DNA of 63,315 bases, filler included, from Folioceros fuciformis (GCA_049999805.1; 22 parts of 22 records of this genome joined end to end with filler, not necessarily neighbours in it); one strand, 5' to 3'; shown: positions 37,163-50,957, numbered from the whole stretch's first letter. The notes: generated from the sequence alone by a model not told the origin. Translations and numbers: made by a program.

Positions 37163-39214
37163 GCCAGGAAGTGTACCGCCTTCAAGAGCGCCATATAGAT
37201 TGTCGCTAGATGAGCTTCAAGAGTTGAAGAGACAAATGTCTAACTTGTTAGCCAAGGGCTATGTTAGAGTCTCAAAATCCCCATTTGGTACGCCAGTATT
37301 GTTTACGCGTGAGAAAAATGGAGGATTAAGGTTATGCTTGGATTACAGAGCACTCAACCAGATAACAGTCAAGAATTCTTATCCTTTGCCAAGGATGGAT
37401 GATATGTTTGACAGGTTGAAAGGTCCTAAGTATTTTACTAGACTAGATTTGATGGCTGGTTATTACCAGATTTGCATCGCAGAAGGACATGAATACAAAA
37501 CTAGCTTGTAGGACAAGGTATGGATCTTTTGAATTTCTAGTCATACCATTTGGACTCACTAACGCACCAGCCACATTTCAGACTCTCATGAATACTACCT
37601 TCAGAGATATGTTGCATGAGTGTGTTGTGATCTACTTGGATAACATTTTAATATTCAATTCTACCTTAGAGGAGCATGTCCAACACTTGAGGAAAGTGTT
37701 GGAGAGGTTAAGGGCAAATTTTTTGTTCTTAGCTATAACAAAGTGTGAATTTGCTAAGGAAGAGATTGACTTCCTTGGATTCATTGTCTCTGCTGATGGA
37801 ATCAGGATGGATCCTGATAAGGTAAAAGCCATACAGAGTTGGCTGCTGCCAAGCAATGTGTATGAAGTGCGTATGTTATTGGGATTGGTTAGCGTGTACA
37901 GAAGATTTGTACCAATGTTTGCCAAAATTGCTGCCCATTAACTGATCTCTTGAAGAAGGCGAAGGCTTGGAAGTGGGATGAGGAATGTCAAAGGGCATTC
38001 GAGTTTCTCAAGTTGAAACTCAGCACTACCCCAGTATTAGCAATCTATGATCCAAAGAAAAATATAGAAGTGTATACTGATGCGTTAGATACAGGTATTG
38101 GAGGAGTGCTCATGCAAGAAGTTAGGCCAGTGGCTTACGAATCAAGAAAGTTGCATGAACATGAGAGGAAATACCCCACATATGAGAAGGAGATGACAGC
38201 CATCATCAATTGTCTCAAGATCTGGAGACACTATCTTCTTGGAAGATCTTTTGTGTTGTACACAGATAATGTAAGTACAAGCTTCTTTTCTTATCCGTTG
38301 CGACTAAATGCAAGACAAGCTAGATGGCAAGATTTCCTAGCGATCTATGATGTGGAGATTAAGTATAAGCTAGGGAAGGAGAATCTCGTGGCAGATGCTC
38401 TCAGTCGCAAGCAGGAGTTGAGTTTAATATATGTTTTTAAGCTGAAGAATCCTAAGCTAGTTGCAACACAGATGGTGATTGAGCCAAGGGACACTCACAC
38501 GCAGATTAACGAGGCTTATCTGCACGATCCATTAGTGCAAGATTGGATCAATGAAATGGAGCAACCGGGGTCTAAGTTTAAGCTTAGAAATGGCTTGTTA
38601 ATGTTCAAGCAAAACAAGATTGTGATTCCTGATTCTTAAGAGTTGAGAACAAAGTTGCTTGTAGAATGTCACGATGTGCCAAGTGTTGGTCATCGGGGAA
38701 TTGACACAACTTATGAGAAGTTGAAGAAGCTGTTTTACTGGCTTGGAATGTATAAACATACTGTAGAGTATGTGAAGTCTTGTGTAGACTGTCAACAAGA
38801 TAAGGTAGAGCGGACAAATCCACAAGGTTTGTTGCAACCCCTACCTATTCCAAGTGGGCCTTGGAAGAGCATATCAATGGATTTTGTTATGTCATTGCCA
38901 CCCTGTAATGGATACACAGCTATCATGACAATTGTTGATAGGTTTAGCAAGCAAGTACACTTTATCCCCACAAAGAAGCAAGTGAAGGCTTCAGAAGTTG
39001 CTTAATTGTTTTAGAAGCATATCTATGTGTTACATGGATTGCCTATGTAAATTGTGAGTGATAGAGATCCCAGATTCACAGCGGAATTTTGGCAACAACT
39101 TATGAAGAGCTTGGGAGTGCAACTATGTTTAAGCACAGCATATCACCCTAATACAGATGGATCTACAGAAAGAGTAAACAAAATCCAAGAGGAATACTTA
39201 CGACACTATGTACA
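37163..39214 (+). pseudogene. Ty3/Gypsy chromovirus-type (Galadriel-like) pol: RT, RNase H, integrase
   Basis: LDYRALN, YLDN, TDA, ESRKL...EKEMTAIINCLKIWRHYLLG, HHCC zinc finger, SMDF, SDRDPRF and YHPNTDG; several stops and frameshifts. Confidence 0.95.
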
Positions 39215-39314
39215 NNNNNNNNNNNNNNNNNNNNNNNNNNNNNNNNNNNNNNNNNNNNTTAATTAATTAANNNNNNNNNNNNNNNNNNNNNNNNNNNNNN
39301 NNNNNNNNNNNNNN

Positions 39315-40366
39315 TCTATCAAAACAAATGTGAGCAGTTGCACCTGTATCTAAATACCACTATGATGTGGTTTAACATTGGCTTTGGTAGAAAGACAAGT
39401 GGGAAGCAACAGTGGACTTGAAAACATTCTTGTCCCGACTATCAAAGCTGTTGGTGTGTTTTGTTTCTTTACCACCACATGTGTCGCAGCACTGGATCCT
39501 TCCTTGCAAGGGACTCCAGCCTGCTTTTTGCGACACTCACACTCCCAATGACCAGGTAACTTACACCAATTGCATGTACCTACCCTTTTTGTCTTTTTTA
39601 CAGTTGAGGCTGTTCCTTGCGAATTGCTTGTTTTCCCAACACTTCTTTTTGGAGGAAATCTTCTACCTCCTCTTCCTTCATTAGAGGTATACAAGGCTTG
39701 TTGCTTGCCTACTCGCCTGTGAGTCATCCTACTAGCTTCCTCTTGTAACATAGAACTAACAAGTTGTGAGAAAGACATAATTGGCATGTCTACTCCCTGT
39801 TGCTGAGCTAGAAGTGCCGCTTGTGTTTTAGCAACAGTGTGTGAGGTCACAAAATGAGACCAGGATTCAGGAAGGGAGAGCATGAGCCTCATCACCATTT
39901 CGGCATCACTCATACTAACTTTGGAAGCTCCTCCCAATCTTGAGGCTAGAATCTTGAAGGTATTCACGTGCTTCTCCGCTGAATCACCTTCCCCCATTCT
40001 CAAGTTTTGGAAGTTCCTCAAAGTAGTCATTGCACTGACGATATTCTGACTTGCATACAGTTCCTTGAGGTGTGTCCAGATCTCAGCTGAAGTCTTCACC
40101 CTTGCAATTTGCCTCAACATTTTAGATGTTAGGCCACTACGAATGAGGTATTTGGCTGCGCTGTCTTTAGCTAACCAATTTGCTTCGGCTGCAGTCCCCA
40201 TGCTAGGAAAAGATATATTTCCAGTTGCATATTTCATGAGTCCTCTCATTTTAAGGACGCATTCCATCTGGATAAGCCAGATATCAAAGTCAGTACCATT
40301 AAATCTATCCTTGTCTTTAAAAGTTTCTGTGCTAAGGATAGATGATGACGAAACTGTATCACCCAT
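39315..40366 (-). pseudogene. Copia gag (338-aa ORF) plus frameshifted protease
   Basis: FKDKDRFNGTDFDIW, LMLSLPESW and CNWCKLPGHWECEC; WYLDTGATAHIC in another frame at 39359-39324. Confidence 0.92.
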
Positions 40367-41462
40367 ATTGGATCTGGATGATGTAAATATAGGATCTGCT
40401 TTGTTTATATCAAAATTTATTTCCTAATCAGTGTCTTATTCTGCCATACACTTCTACTCATAGTGCATGTTTTTGATGTTGCAGAATCCACCCCCACACA
40501 CCTTTTCTAGTTGCAGGCTTGGAGTTTCTCATATCAACTTTGTTATAAATATTTGTGGAGCATGAGGAACATATTATGGGTAAGGCAAACCTTCATACAC
40601 GTTCTGCCTTACACACGCGCTTACAGGCTATATTTCTAAAGGCTGAATCATTAATTTGCTTGGATTTCAGCAACACGACAAGCTTGCTGTCCAAGTAAGA
40701 AATTTGTTCCTTCAAATATTGTAAGTCCACNNNNNNNNNNNNNNNNNNNNNNNNNNNNNNNNNNNNNNNNNNNNTTAATTAATTAANNNNNNNNNNNNNN
40801 NNNNNNNNNNNNNNNNNNNNNNNNNNNNNNTGAGTGAGCTGACTGAACAGGAACAAACTTTTATGTGCCCCACGGACAGGGCTCGAGCTACTTCATCGCA
40901 GAAGGATGAGAGTCTTTATCTTGACTCTGGTGCATCTCAACATTTCAGCCACCACCTTCCCTAGTTCACCGGCTACACACGACTCCCAAAGGGCCATACG
41001 ATGGCACTCGGTGACAATACGTCCTATGATACCGAGGGGAAAGGAGTCTTACAAGTTCAGTTGCAGGGCGGAACCTCTGCACATATTGCGGATGTGCATC
41101 ATGTACCCAATCTCGCGAGGAATCTTCTTTCTTTCGCGCTGATTGCAACTGCGGGTCATTAAATCGTGTTCAACTCTACAGGTTGTCGCATCCAACTTGT
41201 ACAACCTAAGCCGTCACACGTGGCTGTTCGAGGTGTTTGTGTGGGCAATCTATACAAACTTTGTGCTTCCCTGGGACAACAAGCTTGTATGTTCCTGACT
41301 GGTTCACACGACAACATTGGATCTGTCGACTTATGGCATCAGCTTTCGGGCCACATTAGGGCAGACAAACTCATGTTGATGAAGACTCGTGACATGGTGA
41401 TCGGCTTGGATTTGAAGGAGATCACTGTGACATGGTTATGTCCAGGATGTCAGATGGGGAAG

Positions 41463-43614
41463 TGTGGGCAAGCGGTTATGGTATCCCTTCTAGGCACCCG
41501 CTCACATGTATCGTGGCCACATCAATCCCATGGTCTTTGTAGGTTTCCCCGGAATCGCTCCCCTCTGAGCCTGGTCAGCTACGCCTATCGCTCCCCTACA
41601 CTAGTCAACTCTCCCAACCACGTACCTACCAAACTGGCCACACGTCCCATCAATAGGTAGGCACCATTCCTTCACTTGGAAGGGCCCCAGTACCTCCCCT
41701 ACCGATTTCTACCTTCCAATCACGTTCCTACCAATCCTGCAACACGTCCTATAAGTAGGTAGGCACCATTCCTTCACTTGGAAGGGCCCTAGTACCTCCC
41801 CTACCGATTTGTACCTTCCAATCACGTTCCTACTAATCCTGCAACACGTCCTATAAGTAGGTAGGCACCATTCCTTCACTTGAAAGGGCCCTAGTACCTC
41901 CCCTACCGATTTCTACCTTCCAAACACGTTCCTACCAATCCTGCAACACATCTTGTCAGTAGGTAGGCACCATTCCTTCACTTGGAAGGGCCCCAATACC
42001 TCCCCTACCGATTTCTACCTCCCTACACTCAATACCTTTTCCTCACAAGGCTCCCTACAACACCTTCCTCTACCCACAATCTAGCTGCTCGTCTCCCTAT
42101 GCCCAGCGACCAACAAGTTTTCCTCCAAGCCTACTCTGCTCCCTCCGACTCTGTTTATCGTTCGCCGACGACATTCAACCTTTCCCAACGCGTACCTTCA
42201 ACACGTCCAGTCGGCAGGAAGGCACCATTCTTTCACTTGGAAGCGCCCCAGTACCTTCCCCTACCGATTTCTACCTCCCTACACCCAACACCCCTTCGTC
42301 CCAAGTCTCCTCACAACACCTTCCACAACGATCCAGCTGCTCGTCTCCCTACTTCCAACAACCAACAAGTTTTTCCTTGGGCCAGTTGCTGCGTGCTTGT
42401 GCTTGTTAATGAGAACTCCCAGGAAGTCTTTCCCTGGAGTCTACCCTCAAGCCAACAGCCACATAGGTATTGCCACACACCTACAGCAGCACAACAACCA
42501 TTCACAAGGGAAGCAACTTGCAAGGGTGCCCATGGAAGAATATCAGCCCTCCGCCAAGCACTTTGACCACTGCAACTCTAGCCACAACCAGGCGCTGTGA
42601 TGGTACACAGTCGGCAACGAGATTCCTACGCTCTGCTGAGCATGAGAACTCGCCATGAGAAGAGTGCAGAATGTGGTGGTTCATTTCTTTGTGTAGCCCC
42701 TCCTTATAGGAGAGATTGACACATGAACCCTCTCCTACATGTAGGTGGTGGGCTACCCTTCTCTCACACTAGGCGCCACCAACTTTAACTGCACACACCT
42801 ACCAAGAGGCTAAGTCCTACCAATAATTGCTAGGGCAGTGCGCGCCAATAAAGATTAGGACTGTCGGTGCTGCCATAGAAGATTCGTTGACCCCCTTTTC
42901 AAAAAGGTGTGGCTAGGAGGGCTCCTGAAGGGAAGCAAAGTCTGAAGACTGAGCTAATGGGCCCCCCTCCATTATTGGGATTCGTCTTCTTTTGGATCCA
43001 CGAACTTCCACCGTATCTTCCTCCGTGTAGATCTCTTGGGATATCCCTTTACCACCACCTACTAGTTTGGTAGGGGAGGGATCCCCTTGTTCCTCAACTT
43101 GAGCTCCTTCCCCACGTAGGGTGGGAATGCTCCCTTTGTAGCTAGGGTACTTATTGCTCCCTTCATAGGTAGGGTCCCTACCATTCCTTCCCCTCCTCTC
43201 GTAGGTAGGTTGCCTACCCCTCCTCTCGTAGGTAGGTTCCCAACCCCTCCTCTCGTAGGTAGGTTGCCTACCATTCCCACCTATTGTCGTAGGTAGACAG
43301 CCTACCCCATTGCCGTAGGTGGGGTGTCTACTGTATAAGTACCTTCCCTACCTACACAGGTATCTTCCATTTTCCCACGTAGGTACTCTCTCTACATATG
43401 TAAGTAGACCTCCTACTATGTAGGTATCTTCTTATTCTAACCTACCAGAATAGAACTAAAAAAACTCCATAAAAACCTTCACTAGCTACTCACTGCCTAC
43501 CATGGGCACTTGCCCAGAAACCTACCTTCCACATGCCTCCCTTCGAACTATTCTGAACAAAAAGTAACCAAGTTAGACTTTCCTAGACCGATTACCAAAC
43601 TTTTCTGTTCCATA
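41463..43614 (-). mobile_element. 2152-bp solo LTR with perfect 5-bp TSD (family M)
   Basis: GGAAG at 41458-41462 and 43615-43619; ends TGTGG...CCATA; removing it restores CQMGK-LHRTKFPKTAAHRTQKALELIH; a second copy lies at 56560-57877. Strand is inferred from a TATA-like motif. Confidence 0.92.
41615..42020. repeat. 102-bp tandem repeat x4 in family M LTR
   Basis: AGGTAGGCACCATTCC at 41655, 41757, 41859 and 41961. Confidence 0.95.
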
Positions 43615-46529
43615 GGAAGCTACATCGCACGAAGTTCCCTAAAACTGCGGCACATCGCACACAGAAGGCGTTGGAATTAATCCACACTGATGTGAGTGGG
43701 CACATGAGGAACCCTACCTAGTGTGGGAATCGCTACATGCTCATCTTTGTCGACGATTTTACACGGAAGATGTGGACTGACCTTTTGAAGGAGAAATCTC
43801 AAGTGTTTCAGACTTTCAAGGACTACAAGACTTCGGTCAAGACTGAACATGGTGAACGCCTTAAGATGCTTAGGAGCAATAATGGAGGGGAATATGTTTC
43901 TTTTCAGTTCCAGGTTTTTTGTAAGGAGAACGGCATTCAACGGCGACTCACAATTCCGCACACTCCACAGCAAAATGGAGTTGCAGAGTGGAAGATACGG
44001 AGCCTTGTGGAAGCAGCCAAGTGCATGTTGTTTCACAGTGGCTTGTAGGTCAATTTTTGGGGAAGGAGAGACACTCTTGATGTCATTGTGGTTAGAGACG
44101 TAATTGGAGTCTTACCCTAGCCGTAGGTGCAGAATGCGACATCAAGGAGGAGAGAGAGAAACTCCTGATTTTAATGAAGAAGTAGAAGAAGACTATCGAG
44201 TTACAGAACCGCAACCAGGGTTACGCACATCTACCAGGTTGCGAAAGCCATCATAGAATCTCTTAATGGATGTGTTAGTGATGAGGTGTGTTTTGCAAAT
44301 GCTGGAGAACCGCAGCTTGAGGGAGGCATTCGCATGCCCAAAGGCAAAAAAATGGAGAGAAGCTGTGGACAACGAGTATAAATCCCTCATTGCCAGCAAA
44401 ACGTGGATTATTACTCCTCTACCTCCTGGAAGAAAGTGCATAGGATCAAAGTGGACTTTCAAGATCAAGTGGAAGGCCGACGGTAGCAGAGAGCGCTACA
44501 AGGCAAGGCTGGTGGGGAAAGGGTATACGTAGATTCCAGGTGTGGACTACACAGATACCTTCTCTCCTGTTGTGAAGATAGCCTCTATCCAAGCACTCCT
44601 TGCTATCGCCGCTGCTTTGGACATGGAGATACATCATATGGATGTCCAAATTTCTTTTCTAAATGCATATCTGAACAAAGAGATCTACATGGAGCAACCC
44701 GAAGGCTACGTGGTACCTTGATGTGAGGGCGAGGCATGTAAGCTGCAAAAGGTTATTTATGGTCTTAAGCAATTTGCCCTTACTTGGTATTGTAAACTTG
44801 ATGATCATTTCCAGTCTAGAGGTTTCAAGAACACCAATGCTGATTGGAATATTTATGTGAAGCGAGTGGGAGCTTTTGTCATCATCCTTGATGTATATGT
44901 GGATGATTTAATCATTGTTAGCGATGATCAGGAGCTTTTGACCTTAGCAAAGCGAGGCCTTAGTGAAAGCTTTGCTGTATGAGACCTTGGGGAGTTGAAT
45001 TATTTCCTAGGAATAAAGGTCGACATAGATAGGACCAACAAGGCAATCTCTCTAAGTCAACAGAAATATGTGCGGACTATACTAGAGCGTTTTGGGATGC
45101 AAGATTGCAAACCAACGTAGACGCCAATGATCCGCAATGAGAAGTTATCACAGGAGATGGATTCCAATGTGAAGGAACAGATAGATAAGAATCTCTACCA
45201 GTGTGCTGTTGGCTGCCTTACTTACTTGGCAACAAGCACCAGGCTAGACATCGTAGAGGTAGTTGGAGTTGTAAGCCAATTCCTAGTCAACCCCCAACCT
45301 CAGCATTATCAAGCCGTCAAGAGAATACTCAGATACTTGCAAGGCACAAAACGTTGAACATTAACCTACCGGAAGAAGGAGGGTGAAGAAGCCCGTATTG
45401 TGGGATTTTGCGACGCAGATTGGGCCAGAAATGTCGTCACTCACAAGTCTATGATAGGGTATGCCTTCATGCTATTTGGGGGAGCCATTTCATGGAGTAG
45501 TCGACGCTAGCCTATAGTGGCACTATCCTCTACAGAGGCTGAGTATATGGCAGCCTCAGCCGCAACTGTGGAAGCTATATTGTTTCAGGCGATTGCTCGA
45601 AGAAATAGGGTTCAAGCAACAAGGTGCAACGTCCATCTTCAATGACAATCAAGGCTGTATTTATTTGGCTAAGAGCACTATTTTCCACGCAAAGACTAAG
45701 CACATCAAATTTAGGCATCACTTCATCAGGGAGAGAGTCCAGTCCAAGGAAATAGCTTTAGTTTATTGTCCTCTTGAGGACGCTAGTCGCTAATAGGTCT
45801 GCTAATGTTCTTACTAAAGGCTTAGCTTCAAAGAAGCATTCGAAGTTTAGCAAGATGCTAGGGTTGACTGAGTAAGTCTTGAATAGACCATAGATGTGTT
45901 GAGTGGGAGTGTTAGAAACCTATGGGGTTTTGTGCGACATATCTACATTAGAGTCTACATATTATACTCCAAGATATATAGAATAGAATCACGATCGAGA
46001 TAATATTTACCCTTTATCAAGTTATAGTCATGCTTGATTCTAATTGTCCTCCGCCAAGGCTTATCTTGGGATTCATCGTTTTTCTATCCGTTGGTACAGC
46101 GAAGGATCCGGGAGGACCGATCAAGGCATGCAGCTCAATGGTAGACCGCGACACATAGGACATGAATGGCCGGGTAGCCGACGTGATTTCCGTGAGCACT
46201 CAAGTGGAAACGGCATCGTAGGAAACGACCCCTGTCGCTTCCTACCATGCCGTCGAGGACGCTCGCGGGGCTGGCGATGGTGGGCGGAAGCTTTCCTTCC
46301 TGCCGGATCAACGGCCTCCAGCTCAAGGGGAAAAATCCCGAGTTCTAGTCGGAAGCAGCCAAGTAGAAATTAAATTTGGTTTCGGTTCTTTCAGCAACTC
46401 GGGAATGTTCGCCTGGAGCTGGGGTTCATTCATCCGGCGGCAAAGGCTGCTTGGCTGCTTCCGGCTTTCAATAACATGGCTACGAACTACCGTTCCCACT
46501 CGTAAAAGGTTCACATTCCACCACTACGT

Positions 46530-49443
46530 CGTTACGCCTCAACACTCTCGGTGGGCTCTAACCCAGCGTTCTTTCTGAGCTTCTGAACCCAGCGTTGACA
46601 ATCCGGTCCAACACGTGCACAGACTAAGTGACCTTCAATAGACACATGCTGCAGTTTCAGACTCAACCCAGCACGTGCTGCTGCTGCTGCTGTTCAACCT
46701 CAACCCAGGTTGGAACAGCCAGCGCTTTACTTCGCTTGCAAGTCCAAGTTCAACCAGAATAGCATCAGCTTGTAGATCGAACGCAAACTAAACATCAGCT
46801 GCACACAAATCTGCGAGATAAGTAACCAAAGGCGAACAAATATGCTCAATGCTTGCAACCCTTTGTGAAAATTGGTGGCACGCATACCATCTCCTGCAGC
46901 ACCAACGTCTGCTTCCCTAACGCCACTGCAGGACGGAGGTCGCTGAGGACCTGGAACCATTCCCAGGAGCCACCAAAGAACTAATCTGATACGGCACATT
47001 ATATTGATTCCAAACTTCGATATCTCCCACAGAGATCTTGTGCCGAACAGAAGTAGCACAAATCGAAGTCAAGGTCCGGATGGACAATAACCATTAAACT
47101 CTGGCAGACACAAACCACTTCAGGAAAAACCATCTAGTAGTGCCAACATCAAACAGACAAAAATCTTTTCACAGTCAGCACAAGCCCAACCTCAAAGGCG
47201 TCTTCAAGGACTTGTTATGCCGATCTCTGACGTTCCTGGCCAGCTCAATGACCCCCATCGTTCTTCCTACACTCTCTTCAATTAGCTGGTGAATCTGACA
47301 ACGGGCAAATAGGCCAACATTCAACATTTGTCAAGCTCTCAATGAACTTCAAAAGCTGTGGGACCAATTCCATGGAGATAGACCTGCTGTAAATACCCTT
47401 GCATGATCGGTGAGCATTCGCATTCGTATTGTACGGTGGCGGTATTAGGAAAGCTTCCTGTCTACGATCTGAATGTGCCATCGCGTCTCGCACAAATCCG
47501 ACATGCAAGACTCTGACAAGAAGAATTGATCCATCTGTCCAACACATTGTTGGACTTTTGCAGAGTCCAACAACGTGGTGACCAGGGAAGGAGAACATCC
47601 TTGACCTACAGGCACCAGTTCAGTGGCTTTGTACGTCACACTCGTGTCATGATCTTCGAAACTGAGAACGAAAGTGCCAACGCATCAGACTCTTTCAAAC
47701 CACCCCAAAAACTAGTTCTTCCTTGAATCTCAATGGTTCGGCACGTACAACTGGTGACTTGATGAGATACAATTTCAAGGCGTCCTTCAGCACCAAACAG
47801 TTACAACTGTGTGCAGACGTATCAAGCAACATAGTCTGCTCATTGACAAACCAACATGCAAGAAGTGTCAAAGAAAAGCGTAGCACCAAACGGCCAAAAA
47901 GCTTGCCAACACGAAGCGTGAAGAAAAGCTTACAGCTCCAAACTTACTAACAACGTCCATTATTGCAATGTGCATAGTTCTTGAAGCTCTTGCTCATTTT
48001 CTTCCCATCGTCTGCTAGGACCGGACCATTATAGATAAGGTTCCGACATGCGGGTTTGTGAAAGCGCGCTGTTGACAACACCATGGGAGCGTAGAACCTG
48101 TAGAAACGGACACAATTATGTGACTCTCAACCGAACAAGGGATTGAGACTCTAGACTACATGAGTCTGAACAGCCATAACAGTCCCTGCCACATCATGAG
48201 AGTTTGCAGGGGTTCAACAAGAAAAAGGACGACACTGAGTTCACGTTTTTACTGTCATCCATTGCTTTAGAAGACTTCCCCACATTCCTATTGGCACTTG
48301 CCACTTTTGCTTTATTGCTTGGCAGCTGGGAGAGGCAAGGCTCTGCAACAATGAGCACTTCTCCTGTCACCTTACTCCTGACTTGAGACACAGTGCCCAT
48401 CAAATGTAATCGTCGGTTTCATCACAGGTCTTTCTCCAAAAACTGGAGCCAACCGAACGGATTTATTGCAAACTTGCAGAGCCCTTGACGTGTGAGGGCC
48501 AAGTTGCTGAACAACGTCCAAGGGGTGGTGGCCCAAGGGTTCGAATATGCAGTATCCTGGTCGTCCACCAATGGGAATGAAATCATGATAGCAGGATGAG
48601 ACATCCTGGATGTTGTAAGCATTCAGCACACTGTTGGGATTGGTACGATAAGAAAGAGATATGGTTCCTCATCAATAATTTCTCAGAAGCGTCACCAACA
48701 TGAGCAGTATCTCAGCTGTAAGCCTCCCAGCATTCGGTGCAGTGGCAAACCTTGAAGTTTTGATCGGCTTCGAGGTTAGATAACGAATGGCTGCACCCTG
48801 TGCTACATGGCATCACCTGCAGAACAGAAATAAGACAGTGAAAAACATGGAGTGTCCATCCCCCTCTAATACTAGAATTCAATTGGCCATCCCCTCCCAG
48901 GCACCAGGATTTGCCTTCACCCACGGATGAGCCAGTCCAAAATTCAAAATAGACAGAACTCCGAAGATTAATACCTTAAACGCCCGGTATACAAGTCCCT
49001 TTCCATGCAGCTGCTTAAAAGCCTACCCGACGCTTTCCATGAAATGGAGATCAAGTATCTTGTAGTCATTCTTGAAGTCGACCCATCCCACAACTCTGGT
49101 GATGACTTTCTCCCATTCCGAGCTACGCCTCATCACGATACTCCTGCACTGTCAGCAATGCTGTCTGAGCGAAACCCATCTAAACTTGAATCCCGAACGT
49201 GCCTCATGGATTGCCTTGAGCTGGCTTAAACCTCGTCACAACGTCTTTATTGGTGCCAGCCAGAATATGGCCGTAATGAGGCAGTCCGGTTGCCAACGGG
49301 GGACCACCATAGAAAGCATTCTCTGGCTTGTCTTCAATGCGTTTGAGTTGGGTGTGGGACGCATCCAGCGACTCCCACAGCTTGACAATCTTCTCCTCCC
49401 CCTGAGGAAACGAATAGTTCTTGCCTTTACGGACTTCCTCCGT
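46530..49443 (-). pseudogene. IARS: Cytosolic isoleucyl-tRNA synthetase pseudogene with introns
   Basis: GPPLATGLPHYGH (HIGH motif, 49267-49278), [29 protein letters not shown] (47986-48000), DALKLYLIKSPVVRAEPLRF and QKLRKNAGLEPT; GT-AG introns at 48817-48974, 48606-48750 and 47785-47933; the start appears as ACG; many frameshifts. Confidence 0.95.
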
Positions 49444-49820
49444 GGCAAGGTTAGATCTTCCGAATGCACAACCCTGGACGGGCAGCCGATTTGGATCAGC
49501 AGAAAGCAAACGAAGAAGACCGGCCAAGCGTGAATTGCAGTTGCCAGACCGTTTTCGCGTGGACCGTTGCCGTAGAAAGAGTAATTGCCGTAGCAAGAAA
49601 GAGTCACCCGAGGCGTATTGGTTGTCGTCCTTCCTCACGGGCAGGACTTGTATCCTATGCTTCCTCCTTAGCGGTTGAGGTTATAAGTCATACGCCACTA
49701 TGACATATAATTTATAGTGTNNNNNNNNNNNNNNNNNNNNNNNNNNNNNNNNNNNNNNNNNNNNTTAATTAATTAANNNNNNNNNNNNNNNNNNNNNNNN
49801 NNNNNNNNNNNNNNNNNNNN

Positions 49821-49934
49821 AACCCCATCGCTCCTTCGTGGGAACGAAACCCAATGTCTCAACGACAGTGGGATAAGTGTGGCCACTAAAGGTGGAACCC
49901 GTCGGCAATCAGTGCCCGGGGTTTTGCCTCCACA
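49821..49934. mobile_element. Terminus of family L LTR
   Basis: Matches 16525-16640 and ends CCACA. Confidence 0.85.
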
Positions 49935-50740
49935 CTATGTTAACAAATATAGCATCATTCTAAATTGCTACATCCCTACTCCCTTTACCCTACATGCAAC
50001 TATTGCCTCGTTCACGTCGAATTGTGGGCATTGAATTGCTAGGGCCCAATGAGCCCAACAATTGCAACATGACACCCATGAGCGCAGGTTTGCATATGCT
50101 CTATGACACAATGCTAGCAAACATGGGTTTGCAGGGGCCTATAGGGTGTTGGACTTATGGTGCTATGGATTTACTCATATTTATCAATGCATGGGCTAAG
50201 ATATTGCCCCAAGAATAGAGTTATCCTCTTCCTTTTCTATATTATTGTTGATTCTTATGGCCAATTTTTTTTTTCCATGGCATTGGTCTCTCCACCTCTT
50301 TCATCATTGGCCTCTTCATCTCTTTCATTATTTCTTTCTTCTTGTAAAGATATTTTCATTGAACTTTGACTAATACAATGCATACTCAACCCTTCCTAAA
50401 TGTGATCTCCCTAAATGTTATATCTCTACAAATGTGAAGGGGTTGAGTACTCTATGATTGGGGGTACTCTATATTTGGGGAGTAAGGTTAAATATTATTT
50501 TTCTATAAATATTATATGTTATTCTTTTAATGAAAATTTATATTCCCATCACAACAATCCAATTCTATAAATATTATTTTAATTTTTATAATAAATAATA
50601 TTATAATAATGAAATAAATCATAAAATAATTTCAAGGATAGTGTGGAGGTTGTGAACATTTGATTTATCCAATCACAATGCAAAACAGATGGAAGCTTGA
50701 GATCAAGAAACGGGATAGAACGTTACATCAAGGGCAGGTA

Positions 50741-50895
50741 AGACTTGAGATCAGGAGCAAGGCAAGACTTGAGATCAGGAGCAAGGCAAGACTTGAGATC
50801 AGGAGCAAGGCAAGACTTGAGATCACCAGCACACATGACTTGAGATCAGGAGCAAGGCAAGACTTGAGATCACCAGCACACATGACTTGAGATCC
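50741..50895. repeat. 23/24-bp two-variant tandem repeat
   Basis: GACTTGAGATC core with tail A (AGGAGCAAGGCAA) or tail B (ACCAGCACACAT), in the order A A A B A B. Confidence 0.95.
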
Positions 50896-50957
50896 CCAGC
50901 AAATAGGATGTAAGATCAACTTGAGATCATGTTGGAGAGCTCCAGAGCAAAGTGGAT

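Larger units (their letters stand above)
40831..46019 (+). mobile_element. Copia family C (protease to 3' LTR) interrupted by a solo LTR
   Basis: ILDSGASQH, LWHQLSGH..CPGCQMGK | LELIHTDV, FVDDFTR, PQQNGVAE, YVDD and FHAKTKH; PPT at 45901-45909; LTR from 45910 to about 46019. Confidence 0.92.

Noticed and set aside
41982-43280. Pro-rich and VGNLPTRGG-repeat ORFs
   Set aside because: They arise from the 102-bp and 27-bp repeats inside the family M LTR.
46356-46363. miR169-like CAGCCAAG in the hairpin
   Set aside because: Only 8 nt match; the rest of the mature sequence is absent.
49204-49638. Functional IleRS or resistance gene
   Set aside because: Frameshifts, stops, a lost start codon and large deletions make it non-functional.
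49696-49719. CACTA...TAGTG next to the IleRS pseudogene as a CACTA terminus
   Set aside because: The motifs are only 24 bp apart at a contig edge, with no subterminal repeats or partner end visible.
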